From Thermodesulfobacteriota bacterium (GTDB lineage: Bacteria > Desulfobacterota > Desulfobacteria > Desulfobacterales > C00003060), in assembly GCA_034189385.1 (NCBI GenBank), contig JAXHVD010000001.1:32001-96000 (forward strand): DNA of 64,000 nucleotides. The letters are read 5' to 3'. Numbering within the stretch: position 1 is the first letter of the stretch; each line of letters starts with the position of its first letter. A program made the position numbers and the translations under genes. The notes beneath the pieces are model-generated. The model had not been told where the DNA came from. It saw only the letters and a program-made list of their open reading frames with translations, and made no database searches. Shown here piece after piece: positions 57,231 to 64,000 of this stretch.

Positions 57231-58355
57231 ATGAAGAAGTTAGCAATAGGTTTTTTGGCAATTACGTTACTGGCTCTGTTTGCCATGCCTGCCGTGGCAG
57301 GTTTTGAGCCCTATGCCTCCATGAGGCTGGCTGTGGGCTGGTGGGACACTGAACCAAACGACACTGGGACTGGAGCCGACTATGACACCATTATGGTAGA
57401 GCTCGGAGACTTTAGTCGGTTCGGGGCTAAATGGAAAGGTGAAGAGTTGAGCGGGCACTTTGAGCTTGGCCTCAAGGGTGACGGCCGGGGCAGTAACTCG
57501 GCATACACTCGCCTCCTTTACGGCACCTGGAAATTCAACGGCGGTAGCCTCATGGTGGGTCAGAACTACGACCCTTACACCTTCATTTCAGACCAGATGG
57601 CGCCTCGGCTTAAGGATCTTGGCGGCGTCCATGTTCGTGAGATCGACGCTGAGAACTACTTCATCGGGTACGGCTGCCTCTGGGATAGCCGCCAGCCCCA
57701 GATCAAGCTGACCCTTGACAGCGGGCTCTACCTGGCTGCCATCCAGCCGGACCCGGAAGACGGCGGCATAGGTGTGGACCTTGGTGAGGCCGACTTCCCC
57801 AAGCTCTGCGTGGGCTGGGAGATCAAGCAGGACAACCTGTTTCTGAATCCTGGTTTTGCTTGGAACCAAATTCAGGCCACGGAAGCGGGTGTCATGGATG
57901 AAGAAGACCTGGATTCCTGGCTTCTTTATCTGAACGGCAAGTTCGCCCTGGGGGCTGCTGATATCAAGGGTAGCGTCCATTACGGGCAGAACTTAGGTAA
58001 CTTCGGCCTCTGGAACCGGGAGGCCGCCGCCTATGCGCAGGTTGACTTTGCTGATGGCGACTTCGAGGACAGCGATTGTTACGGCGGCTATGTCCAGTTG
58101 GCTTTTCCTCTGGACCCGGCAACCATTACCCTGGGCGTGGGCTACACTGCGTCTGAAAACGATTTGCTGGCCGACGGGGACGAGGATGATCAGATGTCCT
58201 ATTTTGTCAATGCAAAGATCCCCTTTGCGGACAATTTCTGGGTCATCCCGGAATTCTCCTACTACGATCATGGGGATGATCCTGTGAACAGCGTGGATGA
58301 GGCCGACGGGCCTGAGGCCTGGTTCGCTGGCGCGTTGTTGAGGATGGACTTCTAG
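57231..58355 (+). CDS. Outer-membrane porin
   Basis: Signal peptide; SRFGA, TRLLYGTWKF, LMVGQNY, RQPQIKL; terminal RMDF; strong RBS and terminator. Confidence 0.85.
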   Translation: MKKLAIGFLAITLLALFAMPAVAGFEPYASMRLAVGWWDTEPNDTGTGADYDTIMVELGDFSRFGAKWKGEELSGHFELGLKGDGRGSNSAYTRLLYGTWKFNGGSLMVGQNYDPYTFISDQMAPRLKDLGGVHVREIDAENYFIGYGCLWDSRQPQIKLTLDSGLYLAAIQPDPEDGGIGVDLGEADFPKLCVGWEIKQDNLFLNPGFAWNQIQATEAGVMDEEDLDSWLLYLNGKFALGAADIKGSVHYGQNLGNFGLWNREAAAYAQVDFADGDFEDSDCYGGYVQLAFPLDPATITLGVGYTASENDLLADGDEDDQMSYFVNAKIPFADNFWVIPEFSYYDHGDDPVNSVDEADGPEAWFAGALLRMDF

Positions 58356-58384
58356 TTAGGTCCTTTTGTAATCTCTCTAACAAG

Positions 58385-58416
58385 AGCCCCGGGGAAAATT
58401 CCCCGGGGCTTTTTTT
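58385..58416 (+). terminator. Rho-independent terminator
   Basis: AGCCCCGGGGA-AAAT-TCCCCGGGGCT followed by a T tract. Confidence 0.92.
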
Positions 58417-58638
58417 GTGCCTGTTAAGATGGAAAGAACAAAGAACAGAAGAGTGTGGGAAAGGGAATCTCGAACTGCAGAACCATGGTTTTCTATTTGA
58501 CGGAGCGGAAGCCAGCCGTTCTTTCTAGTACTTCAGCAATTTCTCTGTTCGTTATTGGACATTCATCGTTCACGACGGTACAATCGAGGGAATTCTGCCC
58601 TATTTGAGCGTCCATGGGATTCAACACAGGACGGATTT

Positions 58639-60375
58639 TTAATCTCGGCCTGATGACGCGCCCGTGATCTCGTAGCTGATGATAGAACTTGAGACCCCGC
58701 CGAACACAGGGATCCGTGCCTTGCCCACGTGGGCGACGACCACTTCCTTTGCGCCGTCATTATCAAAGTCACCAATGCCGAAATCGCTGATATAGCCTTC
58801 CAGCTTGGGGGTTTGTAGCTCTGGTACCAGTGTGAGACCGTTCCAGGCCAGGGATGTCATGTGACCCGAGGAGAAGGATCGGAGCTTGGCGAACAGGCGG
58901 CCCATCTGACCCTCATTGGAGGGAACTACGACTTCCTGCTTACCGTCCCCGTCCAGGTCAAGAACGTAGATCCGTTGGGGGAGATAGAGCCTGTCTGCGA
59001 TGTCGGAGTTTTTTACCCAAGACTCCACATAATTCATACTCCCGCCGAAGACCTCGCCGCTCCTCCATTTTTCGTCGCCCGAGAGGCTGAACAAACGAAG
59101 ATGGTCTTCTCTGTCAAAGGCCACAGTGGTTTGCAGTCCCTTATTGGTCACATCACCTTGCGCAAAGCCAAAAAGATTGGCCCTTTTGGGCAGGGTTACA
59201 GGCTCTTGCGGTTGATATTCACCGTTTTGCCATGTGAGGGCAGACACCCGGTCTGCAAAGGGCTCATCCATGGCGCGTTTTTGTCCTAGAAGGACTCGGC
59301 CTTGGTAAGGCAGATCTGCTACGCGGTAATACCAGTTGGCGTCTTCGCTGATCCGTTTGAAGGCCCTTCCGTCCCATTCCAGCACAAAGGAGCCGAGACG
59401 ATCCCCAGGGTTCTTGACGTTCGTGACAAATATTTCTGCCAGGCCATTGTTGTTTACGTCACCCACGTCAACAGCTATGTATCTGCACCCCCTATCCCCG
59501 CTCTTTTCCCATACCTTGACAAGGCCCTGGTCCTGAAAGCGATGGACAAAAACGCGCCGGTCAGTGATGAAGACCACTTCCGTCTTCTGGTCGCCATCCA
59601 CGTCTCCAAGGGCGATCCCGTTGATGGTTGCCCTAAAGTTTCTGCTGGCCCAGAACGCAGATGGCTTTTTATAAGCAGGCGATGTGCCAGGAGGTTCAGC
59701 AAACCCTCCTTCCTGCACGGAAGGGGCAGGCTCAGCGAAACCGCGTTCCAATGTGGGAGCAGGTTCAGGCTTCGAAGACGCTACTTCTTCCCTTGGTTCA
59801 CTGGCCAAGAGGGTTTCGGGATGGGCATAAATGCCGGGCCGAGGGGCCTCGGCAGGGGTTTCTGCTATCTTGGGGGCCGCAGTCACAGGGACGCCAAAGA
59901 CCTTCTCCTTAATCTCTTTGGCAAAAAGGCTGATTTGAGGGATCACCTCGTCGATCTTACGGCCCTCCTTGAACAAGGTGACAACTGGCCTTTTTCCGTG
60001 AACATCCAAAAGCTTGCCATCTAGACTTAGGCTTTCGCCAAGCATGGTCAGACTTCCAAAAAGAACGTAATCTGCCTTGAGGTTCTGGCCCAGCGTCCGA
60101 GCAGCAGGTTCGTTGACGGGTCCCGGTGTCTTCCGGAGCCCCGCTGCCGTCTCTCCCCTTGAAATCACTGCTACCTTGCCTTCCACTGAGAGTCGCGACG
60201 TGAGCATGTCAAGGATGCCCTCTTTTAGGAATGAAAGATCCCTGTCTGCGTTTATCTTGAAAGGCACGATGACCAGCCGGTAAGGCTCCCTGGCCGTCGC
60301 CCCTGAAGTAGCAAGAAAGAGTAAAGACAACAGCAGAACGAACCCATAGCATCGTCTTTTCCTGTCAGCTTTCAA
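58639..60375 (-). CDS. Exported FG-GAP/VCBS-repeat protein with TolB-N-like domain
   Basis: Signal peptide; IVPF...MLTSRL...ADYVLFGSL; GDVDGDQK, GDVNNNG, DLDGDGK and GDFDNDG repeats. Confidence 0.85.
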   Translation of the reverse strand: MKADRKRRCYGFVLLLSLLFLATSGATAREPYRLVIVPFKINADRDLSFLKEGILDMLTSRLSVEGKVAVISRGETAAGLRKTPGPVNEPAARTLGQNLKADYVLFGSLTMLGESLSLDGKLLDVHGKRPVVTLFKEGRKIDEVIPQISLFAKEIKEKVFGVPVTAAPKIAETPAEAPRPGIYAHPETLLASEPREEVASSKPEPAPTLERGFAEPAPSVQEGGFAEPPGTSPAYKKPSAFWASRNFRATINGIALGDVDGDQKTEVVFITDRRVFVHRFQDQGLVKVWEKSGDRGCRYIAVDVGDVNNNGLAEIFVTNVKNPGDRLGSFVLEWDGRAFKRISEDANWYYRVADLPYQGRVLLGQKRAMDEPFADRVSALTWQNGEYQPQEPVTLPKRANLFGFAQGDVTNKGLQTTVAFDREDHLRLFSLSGDEKWRSGEVFGGSMNYVESWVKNSDIADRLYLPQRIYVLDLDGDGKQEVVVPSNEGQMGRLFAKLRSFSSGHMTSLAWNGLTLVPELQTPKLEGYISDFGIGDFDNDGAKEVVVAHVGKARIPVFGGVSSSIISYEITGASSGRD

Positions 60376-60576
60376 TACCGATCCTCCTCATAACCTGTTG
60401 GTGGCGTCTTGGCGATAGCCATAAGAAAATGGATGAAGTCGCAAAAAGCCCCTTTTGCTCTCTCCGTCCTGTTCGCTTTGGCCTCTGTAAGACCATCGCG
60501 GCTATCAGCGCATCTCCTTAAGCAGCGCAAGGATAGGAGAAGGCCCCTTGCCTGTCAAGTGGCAAAGCAGAAGAGG

Positions 60577-61320
60577 TTACCCAAGGATACGATTCACCCT
60601 TTCCTGCATTTGCGAAAGGGTTTCCTTAGTGAAGGGCTCCACGTCCTTGAGGGCAGGCTCAAAGGGATCCGCAGGATCGAAACTCTGGAGGGTTAGGGAT
60701 GGAGCCATATGGACACCCAAGAGATTCTTCAGCTCTTGGGCCAGGCAGTAGATGTCGGTTTCGGTTAGGAGTGAGGGGACGACTGTGCATCGAAATAGGT
60801 GCGGAATGCCTGCCGTGGTGATGACCTTGATGGATTGCTCTATGATGCTCATCGGTACAAACACACCAGCACAGCGTTCGTAGGCGGCCTCATCCAATGG
60901 GGCTTTAAGATCCATGGCCACAAGGTCCAGAAGTTGGTGTTCAATAAGATGCTCCAAGACTTCGGGTTCCGTGCCATTGGTGTCGACCTTGGTCTTGTAG
61001 CCGGCCTCACGAATCATCCTGAGCAGCCCGGGCAGGCCGCGGTGTATGGTAGGTTCCCCGCCTGTGACGCAGATGCCGCAGATAGAATCCTTTTTAGATT
61101 CAAGGTGTTGGAGTATCGTTTCAAGTGGAAAAGACTCCAGGGTGTCTGGCTTTAAGACGAGCTCATGGCTGTGGCAATAAGGGCATCTCAAGTTGCAGTA
61201 CGGGAGATAGACGACGGCACAGGTGTACCCAGGCCAATCTGTGGACGATGTTTGAACAAAACCTTTTATTGGGGGTTGGAGCATATGCTGTTCCATTCTC
61301 TGAAGCGCTGTGCATGACAT
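60577..61320 (-). CDS. Anaerobic ribonucleotide reductase activating protein-like radical SAM enzyme
   Basis: IKGF...STDWPG, CNLRCPYCH, TGGEPT, KVDTNG, MDLKAP. Confidence 0.85.
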   Translation of the reverse strand: MSCTALQRMEQHMLQPPIKGFVQTSSTDWPGYTCAVVYLPYCNLRCPYCHSHELVLKPDTLESFPLETILQHLESKKDSICGICVTGGEPTIHRGLPGLLRMIREAGYKTKVDTNGTEPEVLEHLIEHQLLDLVAMDLKAPLDEAAYERCAGVFVPMSIIEQSIKVITTAGIPHLFRCTVVPSLLTETDIYCLAQELKNLLGVHMAPSLTLQSFDPADPFEPALKDVEPFTKETLSQMQERVNRILG

Positions 61321-61409
61321 GGGCAGTCGGGCACAGAAGGATGTTTCCCGTTTTTCCGGATCAAGGGGTGCCCTGAAATCTGCAAATACAAGCGGCTTCT
61401 GTTGCTCAA

Positions 61410-61703
61410 TCAGTGTTTCGTGAATGAATGAAAACCGCTGGGTGTCGGCTCCGGGGCCGCTTCGACCTGGCCAAAGGACTGCTCGTACTTTTTCATGTTT
61501 TCCTGCAACGCAGCGATGACGCGCTTCATGTGTCCAGGGCTAATAATCACCCTGGCGGTCACCGCCCCGGTAGGTGGCGCCACCACGAGGAAATCCATGA
61601 TAAACTCCTCTCTTGTATGCCTCACAAGCATGTTGTTGGCGTATACTCCCCCATGCAAACGCTCTGGAAAGTTGACTTTGACTCCCTGTTTTTCCTTAGA
61701 CAT
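61410..61703 (-). CDS. DUF3467-like protein
   Basis: GVYAN...HTREEFIMDF...RVIISPGHMKR...YEQSFG. Confidence 0.85.
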   Translation of the reverse strand: MSKEKQGVKVNFPERLHGGVYANNMLVRHTREEFIMDFLVVAPPTGAVTARVIISPGHMKRVIAALQENMKKYEQSFGQVEAAPEPTPSGFHSFTKH

Positions 61704-61851
61704 TATGTCGCCCTTTCATGATGGTTTGGACAAAAGTCAAAGATTGCTACTTGCAGTCATCCCAACAGACCCTGAAGGCTCAAAGGGGTCTTGCTGTTCC
61801 CTTTTCCAACTGCATGTCCGCCAGGTAGGGATACCTATTGAACCGCAACCC

Positions 61852-62910
61852 CTATGCCGTGCTGAAAAAACCCCGTATCCTGGCCTTGAAGGGAGGGGGG
61901 ATGATCCCCTTTTCGGTGATGATGGCAGAGACATATCGGTGAGGGGTCACGTCAAAGGCGGGGTTCTGGGCACCTGCGCCATCCGGTACGATTCTTTTTC
62001 CGCGGAAATGGGTCACCTCTTTCTGATCCCTTTGCTCAATGGGGATCTGTTTGCCGGTCTTCGTGGAAAGATCTATCGTCGACAGTGGGGCGGCCACATA
62101 GAAAGGAACCTTGTGAACCTTGGCCAAGACAGCAACCATGTAGGTACCGATCTTGTTGGCCACATCCCCGTTTGCTGCAATGCGATCAGCACCCACAATG
62201 ACGGCGTCTATCTGGCTCTGCTGCATCATATATCCTGCGGCATTATCTGTAATGACCGTGACAGGAATGCCTTCGTGCTTCATTTCCCAGGCTGTAAGGC
62301 GTGCCCCTTGAAGAAAGGGACGGGTTTCATCAGCAATAACTTCTACACCCTTTCCAGCCTCAACAGCGGCCCTGACCACACCCAGTGCCGTTCCGTAGCC
62401 GCCGGTGGCCAATGCCCCTGCATTGCAGTGAGTCAATACCCGGTCTCCGTCCTTTAGCAAGGACTGGCCGTGACGTCCCATGAGCTGGTTGATGGCTATA
62501 TCTTCTGCTAGGATTTGATTTGCCTCTTCTACAAGACGACTTTTTACTCCTTCCACGCCCCCGTCCCTAGTCTCGTCTGCTACCCGTCTCATCCGCTCCA
62601 CCGCCCATGCCAGATTTGCAGCTGTTGGCCGAGCGGCGACCATTTCACGGCAAATCCCATCAAACTTGGCCATGAAAGGCACGACTTGAGTAGCACGAAG
62701 CTTGAGGGCACCGAGAGTCACCCCCATGGCCGCAGCCACGCCAATAGCCGGTGCCCCGCGAATAACAAGATCCTTGATCGCACGAATGACTGATCTGTGA
62801 TTGTTACAGACCACGTACTTTTCCTGAGCAGGCAGTTTTCGTTGGTCGATCATAACGACCTGATTGTTTTTCCAAGCGATTGTGTCCACCATGGGTTTGT
62901 GCCTCGTCAA
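61852..62910 (-). CDS. mtnA: S-methyl-5-thioribose-1-phosphate isomerase (start possibly 62892)
   Basis: IDQRKLP, RGAPAIG, RPTA, THCNAGALAT, ETRPFLQGARLT, NKIGT, NPAFDVTP. Confidence 0.96.
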   Translation of the reverse strand: MTRHKPMVDTIAWKNNQVVMIDQRKLPAQEKYVVCNNHRSVIRAIKDLVIRGAPAIGVAAAMGVTLGALKLRATQVVPFMAKFDGICREMVAARPTAANLAWAVERMRRVADETRDGGVEGVKSRLVEEANQILAEDIAINQLMGRHGQSLLKDGDRVLTHCNAGALATGGYGTALGVVRAAVEAGKGVEVIADETRPFLQGARLTAWEMKHEGIPVTVITDNAAGYMMQQSQIDAVIVGADRIAANGDVANKIGTYMVAVLAKVHKVPFYVAAPLSTIDLSTKTGKQIPIEQRDQKEVTHFRGKRIVPDGAGAQNPAFDVTPHRYVSAIITEKGIIPPPFKARIRGFFSTA

Positions 62911-63061
62911 TGATGGTTCTGTCTCTTGATAGACCTTCTAGCAGGACGTGTCTTATAGAACGCCAAAAGATGGAATTCCCCCTCCCTTGCTTGCAGCTAA
63001 GCGCCGGGAGGGGGAGCTATTCGACTTTTTCAAAAACCGTTGGGACGGAAGAAAGGCCCAG

Positions 63062-64000
63062 CTAGAATGTGTAGCCCACGCTCACGCCCACTAGGTGGGT
63101 GTAGCCGTCTTCAAATTCGGAAGGAAATATGCCTTCGTCAGGCCTTGCAGCCACCGTGCGGGTGTCACTTTCCAGGTAGGTGTACGACAAATCTACAACC
63201 CAGGCATCCCAGTGGATGCCGCAGCCGATGCTATAGAGCTGGCGATCTTCCGTCGGTATAAGATAGTCTGCTGTCTCGTCCGGGACAGGTGACTCATCGA
63301 AGACATACCCGAGGCGAAGATCTAGCCAATCTGTGGCCTTGTACTCCACGCCAACTTGAAACCGCCACACATCATCCCAGTCTTTCTCTCTCGCGACCTT
63401 TGTTATTGGCACACCTGTATTCGGATCCACAGCAATGAAACTATCATATTCTATAACAAGGGCATCATAGTCGCTCCAGCCGGTCCATATGGCGTCGAAT
63501 TCCAGGCTCCACCGGTCAGCAGGATAAAGCGTTACACCCATAAAGACCATATCAGGCAATGTGATGTCTCCCCTCACCCCGGTGTTATTGAAGACCGGGT
63601 CAAGATCGGGGATTGCTGGTTTATCGAACTTAGCGTCGCCTCTGGCTTTCTGGTCCACTTCACTTGTATAGGACAGGCCCAGAGTCATCCAGTCGCAGGC
63701 CTTATAGTGGGCGGCCAGATTGTAGCCGTAACCCCAGTCATCGCCGGTGAGTTCCTGGTCAACATCCCCTGCAGGGGTGAGGATCTTTTGTTCCAATTCC
63801 AGGTCAAGCCACACGGCAGAAACGCCGGCAGCTAAAGAGAGTTCATCACTGACCTTAAAGGCCACGTTAGGATTGACGCTTAAGGTTTCTACAAATGCTT
63901 TGTAGATGTTGTATTTACCCGGCCAGTCGTCGTCGTATTCAGTACCCAACCCAAAACGCGAGTAGACTCCAAGGCCCAGCCAGACGGACTCGCCCATCTG
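63062..64000 (-). CDS. OmpP1/FadL family outer-membrane transporter (5' end outside the window)
   Basis: GLGVYSRFGLGTEY, NPNVAFKV, WTGWS, LRLGY.FDESPVP, terminal GYTF. Confidence 0.9.
   Translation of the reverse strand, partial: QMGESVWLGLGVYSRFGLGTEYDDDWPGKYNIYKAFVETLSVNPNVAFKVSDELSLAAGVSAVWLDLELEQKILTPAGDVDQELTGDDWGYGYNLAAHYKACDWMTLGLSYTSEVDQKARGDAKFDKPAIPDLDPVFNNTGVRGDITLPDMVFMGVTLYPADRWSLEFDAIWTGWSDYDALVIEYDSFIAVDPNTGVPITKVAREKDWDDVWRFQVGVEYKATDWLDLRLGYVFDESPVPDETADYLIPTEDRQLYSIGCGIHWDAWVVDLSYTYLESDTRTVAARPDEGIFPSEFEDGYTHLVGVSVGYTF

Overview
Gene-dense bacterial chromosomal window of about 52-55% GC (estimated by eye). Gene content points to an anaerobic Desulfobacterota (deltaproteobacterium), by inference from the Hdr-like Fe-S protein, Desulfovibrio-type pyruvate carboxylase, sigma54 systems and typical porins. 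Core genes are pyc, fumC, pheT-ihfA-merR, miaA, mtnA, cobB and mutT-like. Highlights: (1) Two genes that the ORF track truncates at an in-frame TGA are probable selenoproteins. These are an HdrC/HdrD-like Fe-S oxidoreductase (E-U-G-H) and a signal-peptide rhodanese (C-A-U); each reads on into conserved sequence and has a SECIS-like hairpin. (2) A candidate undescribed uptake system of about 14 kb: a dCache histidine kinase and an NtrC-type activator sit upstream of a clear sigma54 promoter with tandem 16-bp enhancer-like repeats. This promoter precedes a 23-repeat DxDxDG protein, exbB-exbD-tonB, a TonB-dependent receptor, a lipoprotein tetrapyrrole-methylase homolog, DUF4198, an exported FmdE-family protein and an APC permease. 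(3) An outer-membrane gene cluster with two porin genes sharing leader motifs. (4) pheT without pheS, a 5x19-bp tandem repeat before mutT, a sigma28 promoter for an orphan FlaG-like gene, and several tiny ATPase/MalT gene remnants. No rRNA, tRNA, CRISPR array or intact transposase was recognised. Family assignments come from motif recognition, not database searches.
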